64,000 nucleotides of DNA from Octopus sinensis (lineage: Eukaryota). Below are positions 1 to 12,529 of this stretch, piece by piece. The stretch is taken from the NCBI RefSeq assembly GCF_006345805.1, contig NC_043004.1:77934001-77998000 (forward strand), read 5' to 3'. The notes under the pieces are model-generated. The model was not told where the DNA came from, ran no database searches, and saw only the letters and a program-made list of their open reading frames with translations. A program made the position numbers and the translations under genes. Every line of letters starts with the position of its first letter. The stretch's first letter is position 1.

Positions 1-590
1 ATTACTAATATACCAATTCAAAACTTGCCACTTATAAATCCACCCCTTTATTTTGAAGGGAGTTTTCCCTTTTTCTTGTGGTTCTTCTTTACTGTTTTAA
101 AAAGCTGCCAAATATGGCAATGTGAGGTTCGGGAACAGCAAATTAACACGAAGAAACTTTCTGGTCAAAGACATAATGGACACTTTGAGAGCTAATTGAT
201 TGGTTCAAATTTGATTGACTAATTAATTTAATGTTGGTATAAACCTACCCAGAACATTCTATAGACGTTGAGTAGAGATGTGGGTTGAGAAGACCCTTTA
301 GTCTTGTCAAGGACAAGACAACTCCACTGGTGTTGGTGTCACTATAATTCCACCCAGGACATTCTACTACTACTACTACTACCACCACCACCACCACCAT
401 AATGATGGATGAGTCCTGATATATGCAACCTTTACCCACCTACACTCAGTTCTTCATTCCCTACCCAGATCCTTAATTTTATTTCTTCCTTGCTCCATCC
501 CAAACATTCCCATTCTCTCTTCTATAATGTGAGTATCCATGTAGCATCTCTACAATGAGAAACCTGCTCTGGACCCTCCTCCCTTTAATC

Positions 591-845
591 CAGAGGTTCT
601 CAATCAGAATCAACCCTTGGGGAGGTGGGGGTGCATATAACACTTTAGGGGGTCCATATAAGATTTTGTTAAAATTCATGTCCAACAAATTGTTCATACT
701 TCTACAATGCACAAAATATTTTAATTTCTTTTTTACACAACTCCCAATAATATTGAATTATAAAAATATAGGGGGATTTTTTTAAACATCGACTGGCTAA
801 TAGGAATCAGAGGGGCCCATAGGTAAAAAAGGTAGGAAACCACTG
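591..845. mobile_element. hAT-like MITE (second copy at 2521-2775)
   Basis: Termini cagaggttctcaa ... aggaaaccactg resemble CAGTGGTT-type hAT TIRs. Confidence 0.4.
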
Positions 846-1071
846 CTTTAACCCTTTTGATACCAACCCACCTAAGACTGCTCATGATTCTATGATACAA
901 ACTGCACAATTAAAATTATCTAACTCAAAATTTTCAAAATTTTCATTTTATTTATGTGCCAAACATCAGCTTAATAAAAACAAAATTATTCTACAAAATT
1001 CTTCATTATTTTCAAAATAAATTGAAACAAGAGCAGTGTATCATCATCATTTTATTATTATTATTATTATT

Positions 1072-1282
1072 AAGTAGTTTTATTTTTATAGCATGCTCTC
1101 ACTTCACAACCGAGCACAGCTCTGTGTGCCTTGGGTATTTGCTGTGATTTGTTGTGATGCTTTGATGGTTACTGTATTGAAAGTGTTTTGCATAGGATGT
1201 GTGCAATGCCTAGTAGTGCAATTTTCTGTATGTTATATGTGTTTGTAAGTCCTGGTGTTTTTGTTATGTATTTGTCTGAATA

Positions 1283-1285
<3 letters not shown>
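1072..1285 (-). mobile_element. 3' fragment of an R4/Dong-clade LINE inside (TAA)n (second copy at 3002-3215)
   Basis: Minus strand encodes KYSDKYITKTPGLTNTYNIQKIALLGIAHILCKTLSIQ*, like the QKxALLGTAHILRK C-terminus of R4/Dong ORFs; TAA repeats on both sides. Confidence 0.65.
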
Positions 1286-1324
<39 letters not shown>

Positions 1325-1334
1325 CATTATTATC

Positions 1335-1365
<31 letters not shown>

Positions 1366-1464
1366 TCACTACCTGAAATCAAATAATAGTAATAATAATA
1401 ATAACAACAACAACAACATTGAAAAATACCTTAGGAATGAGAACCCAGGTTCGAAATTTCCCCA

Positions 1465-1511
1465 ACACACCTGATGAAGGCTGGAGGGTATATCAGCCAA
1501 AATGTTGTGTT
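1465..1511 (+). ncRNA. Degenerate minimal hammerhead-ribozyme-like motif (second copy at 3395-3441)
   Basis: acac CTGATGA a GGCTG..CAGCC AAAA tgtt gtgt; GAAA has mutated to AAAA. Same family as 21785-21830. Confidence 0.5.
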
Positions 1512-3212
1512 AACAACAAACAAGATGAGGACAAATATCTGTCAAATGTAAATAATGTAAATAAGAGCAGAGTACTTCAACAGAAATATGGCAACAACAG
1601 AGTTAAGCCCTCATCTTCTAGAATAAAACCACTTCTCTTGGGATGGTGACTTCACTAGTGCTGGTGCCATGTAAAATGCAGCCAGAGCACATTTCCAAAT
1701 GGTTGGCTTTAGGAAGGGAATCCAGTCATAGAAATCATAGCAAAGGAGACATGGGATCACAATGCAGTCCTTGGACCCATAGGGGATTGTCAAACCATCC
1801 AACCCATTCTGGTGTGGGACATGGGGACTTGATGATGATGATAGCCCTTTCTCTCTGTCCTTATTCTCAGAACTAACGAAATAAGTACCAAGAAGACATG
1901 GGGAGCCAAGGGTGCTGGGGTTCTGCAGTAAACGATGAGAAGTGAGTTTCAGAGCTGACACTAAGTAATCGCTTGCATTAGTTCCTGTTTCTTCTGAGAT
2001 CTTGATTCTACCAAAGGTATTTCAGATATATAAGAACTGGAACTGTCATTATTAATGCCATTCTTTAGAGATTAGGTTAAGATTGCCATTCCTAAGAATG
2101 TCTAATCTTGCAGATATTGAATATCTCAGCTTAAGAATCGGTAAGATTTCAAGAGATCTTTCTAAACATGTTTAGTAAGACGAGAGTGCATGGTGGAGGA
2201 GTTACTATGACTGGTACCACCACCACCACCATCATCACCATTACAACCACTGTGATACTACCACCACTACTACCACCACTACAACCATCGCTATCACCAT
2301 CTCCACCACCACCACCACCACCACCACCATAATGATGGATGAGTCCTGATATATGCAACCTTTACCCACCTACACTCAGTTCTTCATTCCCTACCCAGAT
2401 CCTTAATTTTATTTCTTCCTTGCTCCATCCCAAACATTCCCATTCTCTCTTCTATAATGTGAGTATCCATGTAGCATCTCTACAATGAGAAACCTGCTCT
2501 GGACCCTCCTCCCTTTAATCCAGAGGTTCTCAATCAGAATCAACCCTTGGGGAGGTGGGGGTGCATATAACACTTTAGGGGGTCCATATAAGATTTTGTT
2601 AAAATTCATGTCCAACAAATTGTTCATACTTCTACAATGCACAAAATATTTTAATTTCTTTTTTACACAACTCCCAATAATATTGAATTATAAAAATATA
2701 GGGGGATTTTTTTAAACATCGACTGGCTAATAGGAATCAGAGGGGCCCATAGGTAAAAAAGGTAGGAAACCACTGCTTTAACCCTTTTGATACCAACCCA
2801 CCTAAGACTGCTCATGATTCTATGATACAAACTGCACAATTAAAATTATCTAACTCAAAATTTTCAAAATTTTCATTTTATTTATGTGCCAAACATCAGC
2901 TTAATAAAAACAAAATTATTCTACAAAATTCTTCATTATTTTCAAAATAAATTGAAACAAGAGCAGTGTATCATCATCATTTTATTATTATTATTATTAT
3001 TAAGTAGTTTTATTTTTATAGCATGCTCTCACTTCACAACCGAGCACAGCTCTGTGTGCCTTGGGTATTTGCTGTGATTTGTTGTGATGCTTTGATGGTT
3101 ACTGTATTGAAAGTGTTTTGCATAGGATGTGTGCAATGCCTAGTAGTGCAATTTTCTGTATGTTATATGTGTTTGTAAGTCCTGGTGTTTTTGTTATGTA
3201 TTTGTCTGAATA

Positions 3213-3254
<42 letters not shown>

Positions 3255-3264
3255 CATTATTATC

Positions 3265-3295
<31 letters not shown>

Positions 3296-4870
3296 TCACT
3301 ACCTGAAATCAAATAATAGTAATAATAATAATAACAACAACAACAACATTGAAAAATACCTTAGGAATGAGAACCCAGGTTCGAAATTTCCCCAACACAC
3401 CTGATGAAGGCTGGAGGGTATATCAGCCAAAATGTTGTGTTAACAACAAACAAGATGAGGACAAATATCTGTCAAATGTAAATAATGTAAATAAGAGCAG
3501 AGTACTTCAACAGAAATATGGCAACAACAGAGTTAAGCCCTCATCTTCTAGAATAAAACCACTTCTCTTGGGATGGTGACTTCACTAGTGCTGGTGCCAT
3601 GTAAAATGCAGCCAGAGCACATTTCCAAATGGTTGGCTTTAGGAAGGGAATCCAGTCATAGAAATCATAGCAAAGGAGACATGGGATCACAATGCAGTCC
3701 TTGGACTCATAGGGGATTGTCAAACCATCCAACCCATTCTGGTGTGGGACATGGGGACTTGATGATGATGATAGCCCTTTCTCTCTGTCCTTATTCTCAG
3801 AACTAACGAAATAAGTACCAAGAAGACATGGGGAGCCAAGGGTGCTGGGGTTCTGCAGTAAATGATGAGAAGTGAGTTTCAGAGCTGACACTAAGTAATC
3901 GCTTGCATTAGTTCCTGTTTCTTCTGAGATCTTGATTCTACCAAAGGTATTTCAGATATATAAGAACTGGAACTGTCATTATTAATGCCATTCTTTAGAG
4001 ATTAGGTTAAGATTGCCATTCCTAAGAATGTCTAATCTTGCAGATATTGAATATCTCAGCTTAAGAATCGGTAAGATTTCAAGAGATCTTTCTAAACATG
4101 TTTAGTAAGACGAGAGTGCATGGTGGAGGAGTTACTACGACTGGCACCACCACCACCACCATCATCACCATTACAACCACTGTGATACTACCACCACTAC
4201 TACCATCGCTATCACCATCTCCACCACCACCACCACCATTGCTGCTACCACTGCCACTGTTGCTGCTGTAATGATGGTCTGGTGTTGAATTACATATAAA
4301 ATGATAACGAACCAGATACTCAACAAGTTGTATAGATAATTGGAATATAAGTTATTTGATCAAATAAGCCACACAAGGTTTGTGGGGAGGCAGCGAGTCG
4401 TTCTGACTAATTTTGTTGATCCCAAAGGGTATACGAAAGATATCTAATGAGAATTATTGTTGGAAAGTCACATAAAATGCTTCTTTTCAAAGATAAAAAT
4501 GGCACGGTCGATTCTTGATATTGATATTGTCCTCATATAAAAGACGAAAATATGTTCAAGAATTTGTCTGAGGGAACATTCCAGAAGATTCCATAACAAA
4601 TGGTAATCTGCTGTTAACTCTTTTTTTAATGGATTGTTATTATTTTGTTACTTTAAATTCTTCAATCTTGTTACAAGTATTCATATCTGGAATATATGTG
4701 TGTGTGTGTGTGTGTATACAGGCATATATATGTGTGTGTGTACATAAAAATATATATATGCATATATCAATATATTTGCATGTGTATATAGATATGTGTG
4801 TGTGTGTATTGATAGATGTTCATATATCTATCTATCTATATGTATGTATGTATGTGGGTGTGTGCATGCA

Positions 4871-5553
4871 TGTGGTCTGATCAATAAGTATCCAGACTGT
4901 TGCTATAGTAACAAAGCTAAAACACGCAGGGTGAAGCTGCTTGGCACAAATTGACCTTGAACTCTGCTGTGCATGTGCACTAAGTTTTAACATTCTAGCT
5001 TGCATCTGCTGTTTACAGCAGTGATTGGAAGGAAGGTGTGTAGCGTGTGATTGTTGCATTGACCATGACAGAGAAGGTTAAGCAGAAAATCTGCATCAAA
5101 TTTTGCCAAAAGCTTGATGATACCTACTCAGAGGCCTACACAAAGTTTTCAAAATGTTTTCATTGTTCTTGACACAATCAAGGAGACCTTGTACAACTGA
5201 AACCTGAGTGTCCTTTTGGTCAGCTGAAAGCAGTTTTGGCACAAACTTGGCAGACACGTGTCTCATACCTAAATCTTCAGTGATAATGAACTGAACTGGA
5301 CCGTCACTAATCTGCACATCCTCTGATAACTCACGGATGGTGATTTGACAATTTCCCATCACAGCCACATGCACATCTGTGATGTTTTTCTCAGTTCTGC
5401 TGGTTGTGATTCACCCAGAACATTCGTCAATACCAACATTTTTTTGACCATCTTGGAAACGTCTGAACTACTCATACATTTGTGTGCAGCTTGTATACAT
5501 CTCTTCATATACTTTCTGCAACTTTGCGCAGGCCTCTGAGCAGGTATCACCAT
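4871..5553. mobile_element. Rearranged mariner remnant (5' end on +, inverted transposase segment on -)
   Basis: TIR-like tgtggtctgatcaataagtatcc; + strand MTEKVKQKICIKFCQKL from 5065; minus strand ITIRELSEDVQIS...EDLGMRHVSAKFVPKLL (mariner WVPHEL-equivalent motif). Confidence 0.8.
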
Positions 5554-5564
5554 GATAACTTTAC

Positions 5565-5880
5565 AGGGAAATAGGAGAATAAATGTAGAAATAAAAATAA
5601 AAATGTATAAAGATGCTATAGTTGCAGTTCCATTATCTAAGGAAAGTGGTGTGTAAAAATGGTAGAAATTCCTTAAATAATGGGACTACAACTATAACAT
5701 CTATATATTTAAAAAAATTTTTATTTCTACATTCATTTTCCTATTTCCCTATATACTCCTTATTTCCTTCCTTTTCCAAAATAACTCCTGATATTGAACT
5801 CTAATATTTTCCACTGTTTCACTCTCTCACATCGTCTCTGATGAAGGGATATCCCTAATATCCCAGAAAGACTAACTCTC
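5565..5880 (+). mobile_element. Fold-back repeat followed by a hammerhead-like motif (Penelope-like remnant)
   Basis: Imperfect inverted repeat 5565-5750, then CTGATGA a GGGATAT-cccta-ATATCCC a GAAA at 5838-5869. Confidence 0.45.
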
Positions 5881-6339
5881 TTTTTGTAAATGTCCTGAAA
5901 ATTCCACACAGCCTTGGCTTTGTTGTCTCACTTTATTTAATACACACACACACACATTGTATATATCCAAGATTAATTCTACACAGTGGTAAATACCCAG
6001 AAGATATTATATATACATTTGGCCATATTTGAGGAGGTCAATGGAACACAATGTATGTAGATCAATTCACAAGGGAGACTGGATGACACCCCCAAAGACT
6101 TCCCTCAACTAATGAGGGACTAAGATGGACAGCATGTGCAGATCAAAAATCTCTGAGCAAGCTCAACCAGATGACAATGAGGTGTCTTCAGGTGAGTCTA
6201 TTTCTGCTGCAAGGAAATACCTGAATCTGATTCCTAGTCTGAAGATTACTTCATCTCTTCTTCCATCTCACCACTTTCAAGGACTTTAGTAAAAATCAGG
6301 AGTGCTTCTCCTGGTTCCTCAACTCAAACGAACAGAACA

Positions 6340-6688
6340 ACAAGGAAATTGTAGTTGGGATACCTGTGCCGGTGGCATGTAAAAAGCACCATCCGAACAT
6401 GGCTGATGCCAGCGCTGCCTTGACTGGCTTCTGTGCTGGTGGCACGTAAAAATCATCAACCAATTGTGGATGCTGCCAGCCTCACCTGGCACCTGTGCCG
6501 GTGGCACGTAAAAAACACCCACTACACTCTCGGAGTGGTTGGCGTTAGGAAGGGCATCCAGCTGTAGAGACATTGCTAGATCAGACTGGAGCCTGGTGCA
6601 GCCATCTGGTTCGCCAGACCGCAGTCAAATTGCCTAACACATGCTAGCATGGAAAACGGACGTTAAACGATGATGATGATGATGATGC
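6340..6688 (+). mobile_element. SINE-like retroposon family C with (GAT)n tail
   Basis: Internal repeats gtgccggtggcacgtaaaaagcacc and tail gcatggaaaacggacgttaaacgatgatgat; recurs many times in the window. Confidence 0.8.
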
Positions 6689-7510
6689 TGATTGTACAAT
6701 TGAAAGAGGATACTGAGAATAGCAGAGTGTCTGCAGTACAAACCTTCTTGAAGTTGGACCACTGTCAACTGAAGACAAGTCGATAGAATGACTACAAGCC
6801 TCTTGGAGATCGTTGTGCACCATTACGGGGGTTGGTGGCCTTCAGAAGAAAAGAGAAAAAACTTGGAGATTTTGGCAACAAATAAATAATAATGAAATTA
6901 CAAAACTATAAACGATGTCTTGGTGAAGTCGTAACAAAAATGGTTTGCTTCTTCCACAAGTGATTGTTATGGCAAGTAAGATTGGACGTAGAGGAAAATT
7001 ATATTAAAAAGTTGAAGAGAGAAGCTTAAAGTACGTGTGCGGGGGGGGGGACTAGAAGAGAGAGAAAGAGAGAAGTGGCAATGGATGAAAAAGTGTGAAT
7101 TGAAAGAATTAGGAAAAGACTGTTATATAGAACCAAAAGAAAAAAATCAGATTATGAAGAACCAAAGAAAAGTTAGACATGGGTAATGTAATGTAATGAA
7201 ATAAAAAGGGGGGGAGTTATAAAAAAACTTAAAGATACTAATTGGAAATTAAAGTGGGAGAAAGGAATGCAGGGGGTATGTGGTGGGGGAATCAGGAGGA
7301 ATAAGAAATAAATAAGTTTGTAAGAGAAGAGAGAGATGGGTGGGGTGGGGGAAGAAATAGGGAGAGAAAGAGAAAGAGGTGGAAACAGGTGGGCAGTAAG
7401 TGATGTGGTGGTGGTGGTGATGGTGGGGAGACTAAAAAGCAATGACATAGAAATATATTAGGAGGGAGGGGAAAAAAACTGAATTGAAATGATTGAGAAA
7501 AATGCAGAAA

Positions 7511-7547
<37 letters not shown>

Positions 7548-7906
7548 ATTTGAAGTGATTGAGAAACATTGGTTTCTCTCTGATGCTTCCATTTCATTCT
7601 ACAGAATAGTAAAGGATGGCGAGGTCGAAGAATAGGAAATTGAAAGAAAATCATGCTGTTCACTAAGAACTGAGTAGTAGTAGTAGTAGTAGTAGCAGCA
7701 GCAGCAGTAGTAGTGGTGGTGGTGGTGGTGGTGGTGGTGGTGGTGGTGGTGGTGGTGGTATTGTTATTGCTAGTAACAGCAAATGGAAATTAAATTAGTT
7801 TTGCACCAAGTCCAGTAATCTAATCTCAATGTTGGCAAGGAATAATAATGGTAAGCTGTGATAATGGAATATTACTAAGATTTTGTTTCACACTAACAAG
7901 ACAGGG

Positions 7907-7937
<31 letters not shown>

Positions 7938-8469
7938 CACCTTCATGTTTTCTGTTTGCAGAAACATTAGTTAAGAATTCCTGTAACAGCAGCTATTTAA
8001 GCCAGAAAACATATGGCCATATTTCATAGAAGAAACACAAATTAAAACAGGTATTATATGGAAAAAATGATGGAAGCATTCCATTATTGTTATCTGGTGA
8101 TACTAAAACAATCTGAAGTGGAGGGCCAGGTGGAAGTGGATAATAAATCTAAAACTATTACCTTGATTGACATTTTTTTCTTTCAAATTTTCCTTCCAAA
8201 CAATGATTTCTTGCACAACCACACCATTCTACAATCAGGGTTTCTCAACCATTTTTTCCCCCCTTTTTGTTTAGACCTTTTTGGTCCCTGTTTTACTTTA
8301 CCGGACCCTAAAAAATTCTATTACATTTTTATAATTAAATATTGTATATAAAAAAGAATTGTTAAAATATTTAGTGTGTTGTGTTAAGTATAACCAATTT
8401 ACTGCACTTTGTTTTTGGATTTGGTTTGCAAGATTCTTTATGTGAGTTCGTGTGTTGAAGCATATTCTG

Positions 8470-8722
8470 TTGTGTCTGGGGAGAGTCATTCTCTTTTACG
8501 GCCTTATAATTTAACACACTCACCGGTAAAATTTCCACTCATTTATTTTTCTAAAATTTCCATTGTGTCTTGCAACCTTTTCAATAATTGCTGAAAATCA
8601 ATAACCATTGAAAAGGTTGCAAGACGGAATGAAAATCTTAGAAAAATAAAGGAGTGGAAATTTTACCGGTGAGTGTGTTAAATTATAAGGTAGTAAAAGA
8701 GAAGGACTCTCCCCAGACACAA
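8470..8722. repeat. Long fold-back inverted repeat (arms about 120 bp)
   Basis: ttgtgtctggggagagtc...ttgcaaccttttcaat is mirrored by attgaaaaggttgcaa...gactctccccagacacaa. Confidence 0.9.
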
Positions 8723-10297
8723 TTTATTGCAGATAAATTTTAATGATAAAAGTTTGGTTGTGATGTCATCAATGAATGTCCCAACAACCACATGGTCAAC
8801 AGATAGGGAGGAAGAAAGCTCTCCACCACCACCATCCTATTTTTTTTTGGTACTATCACCTACCACCTCCTCCTTCCTGACCCACTTTTATTTCCTTCAC
8901 CCCCTCCTCTGACCCCAATCTGATACACATCATTAACCATGCCATTCCCTATATCCACCTGTATCCCTATCCCTAACCACTCAACACTCACCTTTCATAT
9001 TCTACTTACCTACTTTCCCACCCACCCACCCACCCACTCTTTGCAATCCCCTGTCCTTTTTCTCTCTCACATATTCACTTTGTACCTTGAGGTTAAACCC
9101 CAATAACCTCATATCCCCATCTCTTTTCTCTCTTTCCAGCTGGGGGCGGGGTAACCATGTATCTCTTTTAAAGCAAAACGCCTGTTCTTTCTGTCCCTCT
9201 CTCAGACTTTACACTCTTAACACCTGACATAAAGCCACTTTCCTCAAGACTACACTCCACTCAGTCAAGGGAGACTTTGTCTTGCAAGTTACATGGAAAC
9301 CTCACTAGGACTGGTGTCACGAAAAAATAAAAAGCATCCATTAGACTGTAGAATGGTTGGCACTGGGAAAAGCATCCAGCTGTAGAAACATTGCCAAAGA
9401 AATTGTGGTTTGGTGCTGCTCTCTGACTTGTTAGATCCTGTTGGAACCATCCACTCCATGCCAGTTTGGAAAAGGAATGTGAAACGACTGTGATGATGAT
9501 GATGATGAGGCTTGTTCACGTATCTCTCCAATCTTACTTCTTCTTGTATATGGATGGCGCTTCTCAGCCACTGCCAACTATGCAAACGATGTCATTCGTT
9601 ATTCTACCAGATGGACATCAATCAACACATGATCCCAACCGTATGGACATTGATCAACATATGATCTGGACATCTTACACCAAAATAAACACAGTTGCCA
9701 TGAATGGAGACCTTGACAACATCTTCCAATAGGAAGAAGATAAATTCAGGTCAGGTGAGCAACACAAATATGTCCTCATAATACACCTGTAATGTAACAC
9801 CTGTAATGTAACACCTGTAATGCTACACCATTATCTTTTGTAAACAATAAATGATTAAAGACTTAACAAGCTTCACAAATAAACCCAAGGGTGTTGTCTT
9901 ATAGACCTGACTGTGTTTCCTATGATGCTATGTATTTTATTTCCAAGTGGTGGAAAGAACTGGAGTCAAAAGACTGGTCAATGTCAACAGTAACCAACAG
10001 GATAGATGCTTTTTTTCCTCTTTCTTTTTGCCAAAGCCATAACTGGCCTTATGTGAGTGGTGTAACAATCAAGTTTAGTGGGTCTGAATCCATGCTACAC
10101 ATTGTGAAAAAGAATGTATGTGGTGTGTGAGTACACACTATAAATCTCTCTTACATTTCCAATGTGTATAGAGGAATGTTGCTCCTTCAAGAGGAATTTA
10201 GTTAAGTTTTAGAATCATTGTAACTTTGTCCAGTTTTCAAATTCTTGGAACATGACAACATTGCTGTGAGCATTAGATGCTGTTCCTTATAATAATA

Positions 10298-10915
10298 ACC
10301 CTTTCTACTGCAGCTACAAGGCCTGGAATTTTGAGGGAGAGGGCTTAGTCAATTACATCAACCCCAGTATGCAACTGGTACTTATTTTATTGACCCTGAA
10401 AGAATTAAAAGCAAAGCTGATCTCGAGAAAAGCTGCGGTCAGAGTGTAAAGACATGAAATGCTACAAAGTATTCTGGCTGGCATGCTAACGATTCTACCA
10501 GCTTAATGATAATAACAATGGTTTCAAATTTTGGCAGTCATGAGGCCAAACATCCCTGAAAGTTTCATTCGAATCCATCCAGTGGTTCTTGAGATATCTT
10601 GTCCACAGTCAAACAAACATGACTAAAAACAATACATCTGCCTTAGCTAAGGCAGAGGTAATAATAATAATAATATAATAATAATAATAATAATCCTTTT
10701 TACTAAAGTCACAAAGCCTAAAAGTTTTTTGTGGGGGTGGGGAACTAGTCGATCATGTCAACCCCAACGTTTTACTGGTACTTCATTTATCAACTCCAAA
10801 AGGATGAAAGGCAAAATTGACCTTGGTGGAATTTGAACTCAGAAATACCGCTAAGCATTTCGTCCAATGTGCTAACGATTCTGCCAGCTTGCTGCCTTTA
10901 ATAATAATAATAATA

Positions 10916-10947
<32 letters not shown>

Positions 10948-11145
10948 GTTTCAAATTTTGGCACAAGGCCTGTAATTTTGGGGAAAGGGGTCAAGCCAAT
11001 TACATCATCCCCAGTATTCAACTGGTACTTATTTTATCAACCCTGAAAGGATGAAAGGTAATTTCAACCTCAGCAGCATTTGAACCCACAATGTAAAGAT
11101 AGACAAAATACCAGCATGCTAAGAATTCTGCCAGGCAGCCAACTT
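10298..11145 (-). mobile_element. Cluster of three tRNA-derived SINE copies (family A) separated by (TAA)n, plus a fragment ending in the hairpin ctgccttagctaaggcag
   Basis: Each copy has the reverse complement of gagttcaaattcc...tttgcctttcatcctt...aagtaccagt, as in 39361-39590. Confidence 0.75.
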
Positions 11146-11901
11146 AAGAATAACTTCTATAGATGCCATGTTGTTCTGGGTGGATTCTTGTAATCTTCTC
11201 AGTGTTGGTGTTTCAGATTTCTTTAACTGTTTTTCTGGGATTTGATGGAAGAAAGGAACAAGAGTCATGCCAAGGCGTGTATCTGACATTTTAAGATGAT
11301 CTCCTTGCTTACTGAACAGATTTTGAAATCAGCTTTATCTTTTATGTTTCAGGTGATCAATAACAATCAATATCTATGAACAAAATCAATCGACATCATC
11401 ATAGTTCTTCAAAAAAAGATATTGTTTCTAAAAAAGGAGTTAATCCCTAAATAGGGTAGAGTCAATAGGGGGTGGGGTGGGGTGGGGGAAAACTACAAAC
11501 ATTTTCCACATGAAATAATATTTAAAAAGAACAAATATATATATATATATATTATATATATATATATAAAACTAAGGAACTGTTGCTTCTGCTGAAAGTT
11601 TTACAACCAATTCTTTGTTTTAGCTTCATGTAGCACAAGAGAAATGGTTGGGGATATAATTTGGAATAAACACTGGGCTGGAAGAATAGAAGTTAAAAGT
11701 GAGAGAGAGACAAACAGAGAGGGAGAGAGAATTAGAGGGAGGGAGGGAAAGAGAGAGAGAGACAAAGGGTGGGAGAAAGAGAGAGGTAAAGAGAGAGAGA
11801 GACCATTCTTATACATCTACAGGAGTTCATACACATTCATAAGATGAAGTAATAAATCATTCAGTTATTTATGTGTTGTGTGTGTGTCTGTGCATATATA
11901 T

Positions 11902-12316
11902 GGATCTTTTTGGTTTGAACAGCAGTTTTTTCTAGCGGTGACATATGCAATTGTCACCCATAATTATGACCCTAGTATCGATCTATTGCATTTCAATGTT
12001 TTAGGGTTAGGGTTAGGGGCGGGGGGAAGGGTATCTTTTTTTCTTCAGAAATGTAAATAAACCCAATCTGTTTCTTAAACAAGGGACATATTCATACGGC
12101 ACAGAATGTTTTTTACCTCAATGGACATCATTGATTGGTTGAAATTGCAGAAATTGAAGAAAAAAAACAACAAATATCTTACAAACTATAGAATTTTCTC
12201 AATAAAGCCAAGAGAAAAAGATGTTTTATAAACACATTCTACCAGTATACGAAGTTAAAAATTTTTTAGTTACCTGGAAATTATGTTAAAAACTGCCGTT
12301 CAAACCGAAAAGATCC
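11902..12316. mobile_element. Non-autonomous TIR element in a (TA)n site
   Basis: TIRs ggatctttttggtttgaacagcagttttt / aaaaactgccgttcaaaccgaaaagatcc; internal (TTAGGG)3 at 12001-12018. Confidence 0.8.
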
Positions 12317-12529
12317 ATATATATATATATATATATTAGAGAGAGAGAGTGAAATAAATATAAGCAAACATATATATTTGTATATATGTTTAGTGTTGAC
12401 TGTCAGAAGAGTGCTCAATACCATAGCTGAGATTAATAATATATTTCAGGCAATTCAGTCTCTTTCCGCTTTGCAGTTTCACCTGTATGTGCACAGCAGA
12501 TTCATCTGGCAAGTTATAGCATCACTTAC

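Larger units (their letters stand above)
381..4239. repeat. Tandem duplication, two copies of about 1930 bp
   Basis: 381-2310 recurs at 2311-4239 (ORF track repeats at +1930); about 4 substitutions and one 9-bp indel; junction in a (CAC)n tract. Confidence 0.97.

Noticed and set aside
9783-9829. Three copies of acacctgtaatgta
   Set aside because: Ordinary short slippage repeat with no evidence of function.
11467-11488. G-quadruplex-like (GGGGT)n
   Set aside because: Common simple repeat in this kind of genome, and antisense to the transcript.
12001-12018. Interstitial telomere or fusion site
   Set aside because: Only three units, and they are internal to a TIR element.
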